Source of the DNA: an uncultured virus (IMG/VR IMGVR_UViG_2687453603_000006)
Lineage: Duplodnaviria > Heunggongvirae > Uroviricota > Caudoviricetes
Virus record (IMG/VR): IMGVR_UViG_2687453603_000006
Direction: 5' to 3' (one strand)
DNA: 64,000 bases
Shown here: piece by piece, positions 1-10,943 of the stretch
How positions within the stretch are numbered: the stretch's first letter is position 1
How the letters are laid out: each line of letters begins with the position of its first letter
Notes under the pieces: generated by a model
Databases searched by the model: none
What the model was told of the DNA's origin: nothing
What the model saw: the letters and a program-made list of their open reading frames with translations, nothing else
Program-made: the position numbers and the translations under genes

Positions 1-1539
1 TTAGAGAAAATTTACTTTTATTTTTGCTTCATTTTCGTCTGTTCGATCAACTATTATTTCTTTTATAAGAGTTTTATAGAAACGATTTATTTCTTTTTCT
101 GACTCAGCTGATTGAACATCACTTAGCAATCTTTCAATTTTAGTTTTCTTAATGCTATTATTTACTGTTTTAGCATTATCAATTTTCATCTTAATTGCTT
201 CTATTTCTTTTTCTTTTTCATCAATTTCTTTTTCTTTTTCTACTTTTAATTCAATAGAGTCTTGTTCATCATATAGTCCAATTAAGAAACCTTGAACAAT
301 TCTATTCTTTGCTTTCTGAATTGTTTCAAGTTCATCTTCTTTTTTCATTAATTCTTCTTTTAATTCTTCTACTAAATCTTTATTTTCATTTTGGTCTAAT
401 ACACTATCAAGATAATCTTTAACTTGTAGAATAACTTCTTTAAGTGTCTCATAGACAACATTATATGATATACCTTTATAAATTGATGAGTCTCCATGTT
501 TGTTTTTCTTAGGGAAAAGATACAAGTCATCATCTGTACCTTTTTTACCTTGTGTTACTCTCATTGTCTTTCCGTCTGGTGTCTTACATAAACCAGTTAA
601 CGCATATGTTCTCACTTCTGATCCTTTGTGAGATTTCACGTTACATTCAAAGTATTGTTTTATTCTATCAAACTCTTCTTTTGAATATAATGGTTGATGA
701 GCATTATAAACTCTTCTCCACTCTTCTTCTGGCAATCTTCTGTAAGGTGTTGTAACTCTAGTTTTACTCTTTGAAGGTTTTTTATTTCCAACTGATTTAT
801 TATAAACAATATTACCAACATAGACTTCATTTTGAAGTATATTTGCTATTGATGATGATCTCCATTCAGTAGCTCTTCTTGGTTTGATTTTACGTTTATT
901 CAATTCCCAAGCGATATCAGATGTTGATTTACCTTCAAAGAAAAAGTCCTTAATCATTATTACTACTTTAGCTTCTTCTTCCGATGGTGTTAATTTTTTA
1001 GTGGTCTTATTTACTATATATCCATAAGGTGTTACAGAGTTTACCCACTGTCCTCTACTTTGAGCTAACTTTTTACCTTCTCTCATACGTTTATTAATTT
1101 GTTTGAATTCAAATCTAGCAAAGAAACCTTTAAATAGAATTATCTCTTCATCTGACTCATTGTTAGCGTCCAATACTTGATAAGGAGACTCAACAACAAT
1201 TAATGTCTCTGACACTTTCATAGAGTATAGTATTCTATCGTTATCTGTACCATTACCTCTAGATAATCTGTCTAAGTCTACAACTAATACAGCGTCATAT
1301 AAATTCTTCTCAACATCAGTAAGTAGTTTTTGCATTACTGGACGATCATCAATAGTTGAACCTGAACCAATTTCTTTATATAACTCATAGCTCCAATTAT
1401 TTAATTCACATCTATTTAATAATCTAGTTTTATGGTTATCTAACTCACTTTCATCTTCTCCCCTAGATAATCTTAAATATACAGCAACATGTTTGATTTC
1501 TTCTTCTATATTATGGAAGTTATGTTCATTAGTTCTCAT
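1..1539 (-). CDS. Large serine recombinase (phage integrase)
   Basis: VYLRLS catalytic Ser motif, DLDRLSR, TPYGY recombinase domain, C-terminal coiled coil; 512 aa. Confidence 0.93.
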   Translation of the reverse strand: MRTNEHNFHNIEEEIKHVAVYLRLSRGEDESELDNHKTRLLNRCELNNWSYELYKEIGSGSTIDDRPVMQKLLTDVEKNLYDAVLVVDLDRLSRGNGTDNDRILYSMKVSETLIVVESPYQVLDANNESDEEIILFKGFFARFEFKQINKRMREGKKLAQSRGQWVNSVTPYGYIVNKTTKKLTPSEEEAKVVIMIKDFFFEGKSTSDIAWELNKRKIKPRRATEWRSSSIANILQNEVYVGNIVYNKSVGNKKPSKSKTRVTTPYRRLPEEEWRRVYNAHQPLYSKEEFDRIKQYFECNVKSHKGSEVRTYALTGLCKTPDGKTMRVTQGKKGTDDDLYLFPKKNKHGDSSIYKGISYNVVYETLKEVILQVKDYLDSVLDQNENKDLVEELKEELMKKEDELETIQKAKNRIVQGFLIGLYDEQDSIELKVEKEKEIDEKEKEIEAIKMKIDNAKTVNNSIKKTKIERLLSDVQSAESEKEINRFYKTLIKEIIVDRTDENEAKIKVNFL

Positions 1540-2122
1540 CTATAATTCCACCTCTTATTCCATTCTTATTCAAAGTAAATGTAACTGATAAATCTATCTC
1601 ATCTTCAATATCAACATCTGTTGCTATCCATTGATTTTTATTTACAGCTTTTACGTTATATTTATTTAATACATCATAAACACTTTTATTTGATAAATTA
1701 GTAAGTTTCACAATATCAGAAGTAGCATGTGTTTTTGCTAATTCAATTATTCTCTCCTCAACCTCTTCTGTAATCTTACGTGTAGGTCGATGTAAATCTA
1801 ATTGAAATAATTTCTTCTTAATAGAAGTACGTGACCTTCTAGGTAATAGTTTCATTAATTCTGGCCACTCAATATCATAATTATCTTTTAGTATTTGTTC
1901 CTCTTCTTCTGACCAACGTTTAGAAGGTTTAACGTGTTTCTTTTTTGTTTTAAACATGTAGTCATACTTTGCACGTACTTGTTTATTTGTTCTCTTTGGA
2001 AAGAAGTCTGCTATATCATTTAAAGTAATATTTTTTTCGTATAATTTTTTAAGTAGATCTTCTTCTGAAGAAGTCCAACGATTAAATGTTCTTTTACTTT
2101 TATCACTCATTTTATAATTCAA
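1529..2122 (-). CDS. Myb/SANT-like repeat DNA-binding protein
   Basis: Repeats RWTSSEEDLLKKLY and RWSEEEEQILKDNY plus a third HTH-like segment; overlaps integrase start. Confidence 0.65.
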   Translation of the reverse strand: MNYKMSDKSKRTFNRWTSSEEDLLKKLYEKNITLNDIADFFPKRTNKQVRAKYDYMFKTKKKHVKPSKRWSEEEEQILKDNYDIEWPELMKLLPRRSRTSIKKKLFQLDLHRPTRKITEEVEERIIELAKTHATSDIVKLTNLSNKSVYDVLNKYNVKAVNKNQWIATDVDIEDEIDLSVTFTLNKNGIRGGIIDEN

Positions 2123-2311
2123 CCCCTATTCATAATATATATTTATATTATACCCTAAATACAAAAGAAAACCACCTAGACAGGCGGCTTAATTTAATTT
2201 ATTATATTTTAATTCCATTGAGTGTATGTATTTGTTCTTGTGTTACGTTAATATGTATATTTTTAAGTTTATCCTTCACTTTCTTGGAAAACTTTACTGA
2301 TTTTGTTTTAC

Positions 2312-2917
2312 TCATATTTTCTTTTCCTTCCATTTACTACATGAGTACATAAGAGTACCTTCATCGAGTGAAATTTCTTCTTGTATTTTATTTTCTAATG
2401 CTTTCTTTAGAATAGAACATGATCCACTTCTATACCTTGTACATCTTTGACAACCTTCTAGGAAGTCATTATATTCGTCTTCCTTATCAAAAATTCCATT
2501 CCAACCAGTTTGAGTGAAAGTTAGCTCTACTCTAGGGTTGCTTGGTTCAATATATACTCTATTAAATCTAGGTACTACTTTCTTATCATTGTCAAACACT
2601 AAACCAGAAGCTTCTATTGAGTCATTTAAAGTCTTCAATGTGTTATCTAAGTCAACATTAACTCTAGTAACATATGCTTCTATATCCATATATATGTAAT
2701 GATCCTTAGTATATTCATAGTCCCAATCAATATTGACAGGTAAAGACATCTGACGTTCAACGTTAATCATAATGTCCTCTCTATTTTCCTTACCAGCTTT
2801 AGACAAGATTTTCTTACCTGTAAAACGTCCTCCAGAAAACTGTTGTACATAAAGCTTATTCAATGAGGTAGGTAGTGGTAACGATAATCTACATTGTAAA
2901 GGCATGTTTATCACCAT
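2312..2917 (-). CDS. rusA: RusA-family Holliday junction resolvase
   Basis: LPLPTSLN, DLDNTLKTLNDS, DNDK, NPRVEL motifs; Cys-rich C-terminus. Confidence 0.8.
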   Translation of the reverse strand: MVINMPLQCRLSLPLPTSLNKLYVQQFSGGRFTGKKILSKAGKENREDIMINVERQMSLPVNIDWDYEYTKDHYIYMDIEAYVTRVNVDLDNTLKTLNDSIEASGLVFDNDKKVVPRFNRVYIEPSNPRVELTFTQTGWNGIFDKEDEYNDFLEGCQRCTRYRSGSCSILKKALENKIQEEISLDEGTLMYSCSKWKEKKI

Positions 2918-3314
2918 TTTTAGTTAAGTTTTCTTTAATTTGTCTAGATAAATCAAAATTAGCATTAGCTACTTGTTTATTACTTAATATATTCGTACTT
3001 CTGTTTAAAGGCTTTTGTTTCATACCATTTCTTGATCGCTCAATTTCAGAAGTCACTTTATTAGCAAAGTCATCTTCACCTAACGGTCTTCCTTTATCTA
3101 TGTCAATGCCACGCATATCATCTTTAAATGTAACTTGTAAGTTAATAGTTTTAGTACCATGTAAACCTTCAGTATATGTATGTATTACTTCTTTAATATA
3201 ATTATCAGAATTAAGAGCTAAAGACTCGATTGAGTCAATAGCTAATCTAATTTGTTCTCTTTTAAATTTATCAGAATTCATATTAATAACCTCTCTTACG
3301 TTTTGCTGCTTCAA
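2889..3314 (-). CDS. Hypothetical phage protein
   Basis: ORF coupled to neighbours; true start probably at MNSDKF. Confidence 0.65.
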   Translation of the reverse strand: MKQQNVREVINMNSDKFKREQIRLAIDSIESLALNSDNYIKEVIHTYTEGLHGTKTINLQVTFKDDMRGIDIDKGRPLGEDDFANKVTSEIERSRNGMKQKPLNRSTNILSNKQVANANFDLSRQIKENLTKNGDKHAFTM

Positions 3315-4029
3315 TTTGTCTATTTAATTCTTTTTCGATAAGAGGCTCTGGTTTATGATTTGCTTCCCAACCAGCTGGTTTCATAATTTTCTTAGTAACT
3401 GGATCAATAATTGGTTTACCATCTTCTCCAAGTTTTGCCATATTAGCTTTTTGAATGATTTCAAAGATAGGCTTAGGGTTCACACCAGTTTCTACAATAG
3501 AACCATAGTTGATGTAATTGATATCATTAAGTGCGTCTGTTTGATTTAATAAGATTTCTGAGCTCGGGAATTCTCCTTTACCGAAACATTTATTCTTAGC
3601 CTTGTGAATTGAATGAATTAATTCATCAACTAATTTCTCTGTTTCATGCTCATTACCAGCCACAGATGACCATAAGAATTCTACTAACTCTTCCACTAAG
3701 TAATCAGCTCTTTGTGCTGCTCTCTCTTTACTAATTGGCTGAGGAACTTCTGCTACTGGGTGTCCAAAAGTCTCATGGAATTTCTTTACATCAAAGTATG
3801 GAGCATAAGGTTTCTTCTTTTCATTAGTAGGCTTGAATGGTCTAACGTTCATAATTGGTACTTTGATCAATTTAGTAGTACGTGTATTATTTTCTTTATT
3901 TTGATCAACAATAACTTCTACTAAAAGCTCTACACCTTTATTATTTTTAAATTCTCTTCCAATTACTTTTCCATATTGCTTAGTTACTGTGTCGATTACG
4001 ATTTGTCCTTTTTTAATTTGTTGAAACAT
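3283..4029 (-). CDS. All-alpha NTP pyrophosphatase (MazG/PRA-PH-like)
   Basis: DVKKFHETFG, EELVE, DALNDINY, ANMAKLGEDGKP..KIMKPAGW motifs. Confidence 0.8.
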   Translation of the reverse strand: MFQQIKKGQIVIDTVTKQYGKVIGREFKNNKGVELLVEVIVDQNKENNTRTTKLIKVPIMNVRPFKPTNEKKKPYAPYFDVKKFHETFGHPVAEVPQPISKERAAQRADYLVEELVEFLWSSVAGNEHETEKLVDELIHSIHKAKNKCFGKGEFPSSEILLNQTDALNDINYINYGSIVETGVNPKPIFEIIQKANMAKLGEDGKPIIDPVTKKIMKPAGWEANHKPEPLIEKELNRQIEAAKRKRGY

Positions 4030-4041
4030 ATGAATTCTCCT

Positions 4042-4281
4042 TTATTGTTTATAAATTTGTTGATTGTGTATTTTTAAATATAAATCTCTTAGTTTTGCTT
4101 TGTGATATGCTTTAAAGCACATATTCTTAATTCCTTTTAATTCGTTCAATTGCTTGATTGCATAAAATATTTTCCTATCCAATATTCTTACTGATATTTC
4201 ATCAAGCCCGTGAGTACGTTTTTCGTACTCATAGGCAATGAAAATTCCTTCGATAATTTTCTTCAGTTTATTTTTCTCCAT
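4042..4281 (-). CDS. Hypothetical protein
   Basis: ORF with RBS in operon. Confidence 0.6.
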   Translation of the reverse strand: MEKNKLKKIIEGIFIAYEYEKRTHGLDEISVRILDRKIFYAIKQLNELKGIKNMCFKAYHKAKLRDLYLKIHNQQIYKQ

Positions 4282-4296
4282 GATATGTATACTTCC

Positions 4297-4545
4297 TTAT
4301 TTGTTCTGCTCTTCGTCTACAAATTTCATAATTTCACCTTGTCCAACTTTTGTAGCAACTTTCTCACCATTAACGAACTTAACCATAGTTGGTGTTGACA
4401 TAACCATATGCTCTGCTGCTAATTCCGGGTTCTCAAAAACATCTTTATATTCAAACTCAAAGTTCATTACTGGTAAAATTCCTTTTAAGTTTTTACATGG
4501 CATACAAGTTGGTGATCCAAATAATAAGTATTTTGTTTCGTTCAT
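4297..4545 (-). CDS. Thioredoxin/glutaredoxin-like redoxin
   Basis: CMPC motif, STPT cis-Pro loop; downstream of nrdEF. Confidence 0.85.
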   Translation of the reverse strand: MNETKYLLFGSPTCMPCKNLKGILPVMNFEFEYKDVFENPELAAEHMVMSTPTMVKFVNGEKVATKVGQGEIMKFVDEEQNK

Positions 4546-4585
4546 AATAGAAATCTCCTTTAATATATTAGTTTATTATTATAAT

Positions 4586-5188
4586 TTATTTCTTTAAGAT
4601 AAATTCTTTTAAAGCTTTCACACGTTCCATACACTCGTCTTCATTAGTATGAGTAGTAGTAATAGTGTAATCTGCTTCAAATGTATCTATATAGCCTTCA
4701 GTTTCATGAGTTAAATCTGTAATATCAAATTCATCATTAATTGCTTCCATTCTTTGAAGTCTTACTGCGTCATCACATTCAACCTTAACAATGATAAAGT
4801 TATTATCCTTACAGAATTGATATTCATTAGGTTGTCTTAAATCTGTGATAACATTGATCGCATTCTTAAATAGAGAACTAAAGCTTTTACTACGGTTAAT
4901 ATTATCTGCTGCCATTCTTACCCAGATGTCCTCATCTTGAGTTCTCATAGTTTGTCCAAACCATTGATATAAATGTCTAGGCTTTTGACCATCAGTAAAT
5001 TTATTAGGGAATAATTCTTGTGCATATTCCTTTAATGCGTCTCCAAAACCAAACATTACTACTCTTGTATCACTATCGTCTTCAAAAGCTTTTATTAATT
5101 GTTTTGCTACTGTATCTTTGCCCGAACGCATTTTACCTGTTAGGGCAATATTAATAGTATTGTTGTTAGTTGGTTGTAATAAAATCAT
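4586..5188 (-). CDS. Deoxynucleoside monophosphate kinase
   Basis: GKMRSGKDT P-loop, FGDALK, ITDLRQPNE, HETE. Confidence 0.85.
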   Translation of the reverse strand: MILLQPTNNNTINIALTGKMRSGKDTVAKQLIKAFEDDSDTRVVMFGFGDALKEYAQELFPNKFTDGQKPRHLYQWFGQTMRTQDEDIWVRMAADNINRSKSFSSLFKNAINVITDLRQPNEYQFCKDNNFIIVKVECDDAVRLQRMEAINDEFDITDLTHETEGYIDTFEADYTITTTHTNEDECMERVKALKEFILKK

Positions 5189-5215
5189 GGTTTTATTCCT
5201 CTCCTATTAATTACC

Positions 5216-6238
5216 TTATTGTAAGAATTTGTTAGATAACTCGTATGAAATAACGTTGTTGAAATCAAAGTCTTTATCACGTAAAGGTACTTGATTTAAT
5301 GCTAATGTATAACCATCACCTTTAACTGAGAAGAAGTCATGGTTAGTTGTATCTGTTCTCAAACCATTTTCTACAATAGGGTTAAATGGCTCTGGGTTAA
5401 ATACTGTCTCCCAGCCTAAGTTCATTAAAGCACGATTACCGTTATATTGAATGTAACGAATAACGTCTTCAGTTAAACCTAACTTATCGTATAATGAAGC
5501 TGCATATTCAACCTCATTGAAGTAAAGTTGATCAAATAATTCCATTAACTCTTTACGAATATCTTCTTGTTCTTCTTTACTGAACTTTTCAAAGATAACT
5601 TGAGCTGCATATCCTGTACCACTACCATGAATAGTTTCATCTAAGATAATCTTACGAATGATTTCTCCACTGTGAACCATTTTACCTTGTCCAGCTAAAT
5701 ATAATGGATAGTAGAAACCAGAGAAGAATAAGAATGACTCTAAGAAGATTGATGAAGCCATTGCTACATAAATTTCACGATCAGTAGGGTTTGGTTTAAG
5801 TAATTTATAATAGTTAGTTGTAATCAATTTTGTCTTTTTATTTAGATATTTATTTGCTGGTACCCACTCTTTTAAGTAGTAATGCGTATCTTTTCTCTCA
5901 AGTAGTGAAGTAAAGATATGTGAATACGACTTATGATGAATATTCTCCATCATAGACATAAATGCAAATACTCCTCTCCAAATCTCTTCGGGATAGTGGA
6001 AAGCCAATAAAGGCATTCCTTCAGTTCCCTGTGTTGTATCTAAACCTGTTAAACCTGATAGTGCTTTAACATAAGTTTCTTGTTCATCCGCAGATAATGT
6101 CTTCCAAACACTTAAATCTTTAGAAGGTTTAAATTCCTCTTCAGTCCACATTTGTTTTACATTTTGTTTCCAATAGGTTAACGCTATTGAATTATCTTTG
6201 TCCCAGTTTGTTGCTCTTGCTTTAATTTCTCTTGTCAT
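5216..6238 (-). CDS. nrdF: Class Ib ribonucleotide reductase beta subunit
   Basis: ENIHHKSY, ESFLFFSGF, DETIH, NHDFFSVKG. Confidence 0.96.
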   Translation of the reverse strand: MTREIKARATNWDKDNSIALTYWKQNVKQMWTEEEFKPSKDLSVWKTLSADEQETYVKALSGLTGLDTTQGTEGMPLLAFHYPEEIWRGVFAFMSMMENIHHKSYSHIFTSLLERKDTHYYLKEWVPANKYLNKKTKLITTNYYKLLKPNPTDREIYVAMASSIFLESFLFFSGFYYPLYLAGQGKMVHSGEIIRKIILDETIHGSGTGYAAQVIFEKFSKEEQEDIRKELMELFDQLYFNEVEYAASLYDKLGLTEDVIRYIQYNGNRALMNLGWETVFNPEPFNPIVENGLRTDTTNHDFFSVKGDGYTLALNQVPLRDKDFDFNNVISYELSNKFLQ

Positions 6239-6282
6239 TATATGTATATCTCCTTATTAGGTAGTTTTGTTTTTAATATGTA

Positions 6283-9200
6283 TTAAACTGCACAACTTGT
6301 ACATTCAGCGATACTGATAAGTTTGTTTCTTGTGTAATAGAGTGATTTAAGTCCTCTATCATGTGCATATGCATATAATCTTGCTAGTTTGTTTGTTTCA
6401 ATCTCACTGTTAACAAATAAGATTGTTGATACACCTTGATCTATCCACTTCTGAGCTACTGCCGCTACATTGATGATATGTTCTTGAGGAATATCAAATG
6501 CAGTTGGTGAATAGAACCACATTGTTTCTGGTGATAAGTAAGGCATTGGATAATAAGTTTCTGAGTTACCATATTTACGTTTCTCTACAACATCTACAAC
6601 TGGTGTTAATGCTGATGAACAGTTTGTGATGTAACTTATTGATTGTGTCCTTTATGTTCAGTTAAGGTCGTTAATCTTAACCCGTCAATTTTTGACAGCT
6701 TATATTTTCATATAAGAGCAGACTATATCACAACTTACTTTGAAGTAAGCCATCTCCCGCTTCCACTCACTTGAGTGTACTTCCCGCAACGGAATAGTCG
6801 TTGAACTCTCCTTTTAAGTATTTCATACACTTAAAAGGTTTAGCTGCGTATTACCCAATCTTTAAGATTATTACACTTTGGTACTTAAAGCTCTAAGGGT
6901 TTCTTCGCAATTCAAGAGATTTATCAATAATATTTATTTATTACCGCCCTAATCAATAAGGTGCAATGGACAATCTGTATGAGTTATATAAACCATTCTT
7001 ATCAACTTCTCTAGCTAAACGTTGCCAGTCTTCTTTAGTAGGAATGTAAATACCTTTAAAGATTTCTTTAATTTTTGGAGTAATTGGTTCTACATTCTTA
7101 GTTACACGATTGTTTTTATAGAAGTATTCTCCAAACTCTTTATCATCTTTAGCTTTATAATCTGTTTGATCAAAACCATAGAATTTGTCATTTCTTTCAA
7201 CTGCAATCTTCATTGACTCATCTAATGAATAGTAGTCCATCATCATGCAGTAAACATTAAGTAAATCAAGTGACTCTTCTGAACCATATCTAATTTTGTT
7301 TTTAGCACACATACTATGGAATGACATTACACCTAAACCAACTGCTCTATTGTTTTTATTTGCTTTATGAACTGTTGGTAAGTGTTCGATACGTGAATTG
7401 TTAGCTACAAACGTTAAAGCTCTCATTCCAGTACGAATTGACTCTTCAATTTCTTTCTCTTCGATTGATTTAACCATATTAAGAGAAGCTAAGTTGCAGA
7501 TAATATCTTGACCTAATTCATCTTGTTCGTTGTAATCTTTAATATCTGAAACATGCATGTATTGGAAGATCTCAGTACAATTTCCTGTCACAATTCCATT
7601 GAAGATTAATGAGTGATAATCTTCTTGTGTGGTATCATAAACATCTTCTTTACCAATATATTTAATTTCAGTAATTTCGGCAGTAAAATCATGTTTCGGT
7701 TTTCTACTATTTGGTCGCAATGTTAAGTTAAAAATCATTGCTTTATGTATATCTTTAGGTTTCAAAGCTACTTCTTTCATAAACAAATCTCTTGAGCTTC
7801 TGTCTTGAATGCTAATTTTATATGTATTTTGAACTTTGTACTCTTTCATGCCGCCATTACCATCTGGTAATAAGCTTATCTCTCTCTCACTTTGATATAT
7901 TGATGAATACACACCGAGATTTAACAGTTGCATTTGAATATCTCTTGCTAATTCTTCACTGATTGTTGTCAATTCGATGCTCATTGCTTTATATTTTTCA
8001 TTTGTATTTACGCAAGCATCCATTTGATATAAGCCAGATAAATAAGCAGTTATTGTATTTTTTGTAGCATTTTTTAATAAGTTTGGAAATCGCAATTTAG
8101 TCTCTCTGTTAAATCCAAATCTAGATAATATTTTGTATAGCTCAACACTGCTAATTGTTAATTTTTGTAGTTCTTTATTTTCAACAAATTTAGGATGTAA
8201 GTTTGCACTATGATGTAAAAACTCATTTTTATTTCTATATTTATCTATAATATAAGCTACTAATTCTTCAATAGTTTCTTTAAGATATTGCTTCTCGTGA
8301 TATAGATAAATTTTAACTGAACCGTCTCTTCCAAATGTCCCATCTCCAGCGATAAGCCCCATCAAGAATGCTAATTTTGGATCATGAAAATCTCCATAAC
8401 TTCCATTACCAGATTGAACTAATAGCTTATCTCCTACCTCTAATTGATTTAACTGAACTTTTTCAATTGAGTCGTTTATTTTTCTATAATATTTGTGCCA
8501 TTCGGTAGATTTAATTTTAAACCCTTGTTTAGTAGTAATTTCATAAATTTCAGCTTGTTTAGCTGTAAGTTGCATTGGAATAGCATTTACGATATCAGTA
8601 CCTTTATTGTTAATATCATAATTCTTAGTTCTATTATCAATTACTACTTTCAAATCTTCTTGACTTTCATACAAGTCTTTGGCTTTCACATAACCTTTTT
8701 CAGTTAATAACTCAGTGTCTCCAGTAACACATAAGTTAGACATTTTGATTTCTCCAAGCTCATTTAAAGCATGGTTTTTGTTTGCGTTATCTTTATACAT
8801 GATATAAGGATAACCAGATTGTAATTGAATTTGAGCGATCAGATTTAACATTTCTCTGGCATTAATTTTGTGTTTGATAACATTCTCATTCTCAACGAAC
8901 TTGTCATACCAATCATTGATATTAATATCATCTAAGATTACATCTTTACCGAACTCTTCTTGAATTGAGTATGGTTCAAACATATATAAGTCTTTGTCTT
9001 CCTTTGCTAAATCAAAGAATAATGAAGGAACAATTAAACCGATTGAAAGTGTAGCTAAACGTGTATCTTCATCTGCATTAACTTTCTTAGTGTTTAATAA
9101 CTCAATTACGTCTGAGTGGAAAATGTTTAAGTAAGCAGCTCCAGCTCCAGCACGTTGTCCTAATTGATCAGCATAACTAACTTCACCTTCAATTAATTTA

Positions 9201-9862
9201 GCAACTGGTACAATACCTTTTCCTACATTCTTAACACCTTTTAATGTAGCACCACGACCTCTTAATCGTGTTAGGTTAACTGCTACACCACCAGCAATCT
9301 TACTAGCTTGTGATACTTGACTTCTAATGAAGTTGATAGAGTTTAATGTGTCATCCATTGTGAATAAGTAACAAGAAGCTAATTCTCCACGATGTTTACG
9401 ACCAGCATTTAAGTATGTTGGAGTTGCTGTTTGTACTGTTTGAAGTGTATGTGCTTTAATGTATCTCTTAGCTAAGTCAACATCTCCACCAGCTAAATAT
9501 AGAGAAACGATTACGTTATGTTGTTCAAAGTCTTCAAGCCATTGTGACTTATCTCTAGTTTTTAATGCGTATGTATCATAGAATTTGCTTGCTGCCATGA
9601 AGCTTTGGAATTCAAAGCCGAATGAATAAGCATAGTCTAAAAGTTCTAATAATGTTTCTTCACTATAATCTTTAAATACATCAATGTAGTAATCTTCTTC
9701 TACTAAGTAACGTAATCTTGCAATCTGATTTGAGAATTGTTTTGTTTTACTCTTAATGTGTTCTAAATATAACTCAATTGCTTCTTTGTCTTTCGATAAG
9801 CTAAGTTGCCCTAACTCATCTCTTCTCATAATTTCATTGTTTTTTTCGATCCATTTACTCAA
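6283..9862 (-). CDS. nrdE: Class Ib ribonucleotide reductase alpha subunit; exons 9862-6959 and 6648-6283; contains intein
   Basis: TPTYLNAG, SNL-C-TEI around intein; splicing restores IAP|TQSISY; C-terminal CTSCAV; mature protein about 705 aa. Confidence 0.95.
6649..6958 (-). ncRNA. Group I self-splicing intron (310 nt, no ORF) in nrdE
   Basis: Exon ends CCU, P1 pairing with UAGGG; P AAUUGCGAAGAA, Q AAUACGCAGC, R GUUCAACGACUA, S GAUAUAGUCU; terminal G; removal restores frame. Confidence 0.92.
7580..8731 (-). mobile_element. Intein with LAGLIDADG homing endonuclease in NrdE (384 aa)
   Basis: Starts CVTGDT, ends VYD...IVTGN followed by Cys+1; LMGLIAGDG and YLSGLYQMDA motifs. Confidence 0.95.
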
Positions 9863-9883
9863 ATCAATTACCTCCTAATATTT

Positions 9884-10330
9884 TTATATTTCATTTCTTA
9901 AATAATCTTCAAATTCTGCTTCAGACATTAATCTAATTCGTTTAATATCTTCAATAAACTTTCTTCTATTTTCGTTCATCTTATCTAAAAGTTGATCAAT
10001 ATCTCTCTTCTCAGCTAAACCATCTAGATAATCAGATACTTGTTGATTTACACCAGGCTCTTCATCACGTTCTAATAAACCAACGTTACCGTCAGTGTAA
10101 TCTCTATCTACTGTCTTAGTAGTTGTACTTGTAGGCGTGATTACTTCATATGAATTACTTTGATCCAATAGTTTCATACTATATAAGAAGTAAAGCGTCT
10201 GAGTAGCTGCCTGTAAATCTTGATGTCTATTTCTTTTCCTTAAATTGTCTTTAATAATATCATCTTGCATATCAAAGACTATTCCAAATTGTTTATCGAA
10301 CATATCATTAATTGTTTTCTTATGTCCCAT
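9884..10330 (-). CDS. Hypothetical protein between nrdI and nrdE
   Basis: 148 aa ORF, start overlaps nrdI stop. Confidence 0.7.
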   Translation of the reverse strand: MGHKKTINDMFDKQFGIVFDMQDDIIKDNLRKRNRHQDLQAATQTLYFLYSMKLLDQSNSYEVITPTSTTTKTVDRDYTDGNVGLLERDEEPGVNQQVSDYLDGLAEKRDIDQLLDKMNENRRKFIEDIKRIRLMSEAEFEDYLRNEI

Positions 10331-10755
10331 TACATCACCCTTCCTTTAATATAATCGACTAACTTATTTACATCGACCATATTTCCAGCTAGTTCATACT
10401 TTCCGATCAACTCTACGTTAAATCGTTTCGAAATCGTATCTCCAGCTATTGCAAAATTAGTTCCCCAATTACGATTGCCAGACGACATAACTGCAATCAA
10501 ATTATTTTGGTTTGTTTCATTTTCTAGAAAAGTTTCTACTGGTGCTGGAACCTCTCCAAAGTCATATGTTGGTGTAATTAACACATATGAATTATTTATT
10601 TCTAATGGTTCATCTTTTATTCTATGCACATCTATTTGAATTTGCTCCAGAACTTTCTCCATAAATCGTTCCGTTTGTCTTGTGCGAGAATAATAAGCAA
10701 GTGATAGTTTACTAGGTACTGAAATGTTTTCTCTTTTATCCACTGCACTATTCAT
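10330..10755 (-). CDS. nrdI: RNR flavodoxin NrdI
   Basis: YYSRTRQTERF, TPTYDFG, SSGNRNWG, ELAG. Confidence 0.93.
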   Translation of the reverse strand: MNSAVDKRENISVPSKLSLAYYSRTRQTERFMEKVLEQIQIDVHRIKDEPLEINNSYVLITPTYDFGEVPAPVETFLENETNQNNLIAVMSSGNRNWGTNFAIAGDTISKRFNVELIGKYELAGNMVDVNKLVDYIKGRVM

Positions 10756-10943
10756 CTTCCTTTTATTATATTTTATTTCTTATCATAAAAATTGTAATCT
10801 AGATTTTCTAAGAAATCTTCTGTTGTATGTATAGCTTCATTGAAGTCTTGCGTATTGTCATATGTATCATTGTCTTCCAAATAATCGAATGTTGCGTTTT
10901 TGTATGCTGCTTCTAATGCGTTCATTAAATATTCCTCACAGTA

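Noticed and set aside
6283..6546. Independent 87-aa gene
   Set aside because: It is the tail of nrdE exon 2, which starts at 6648.
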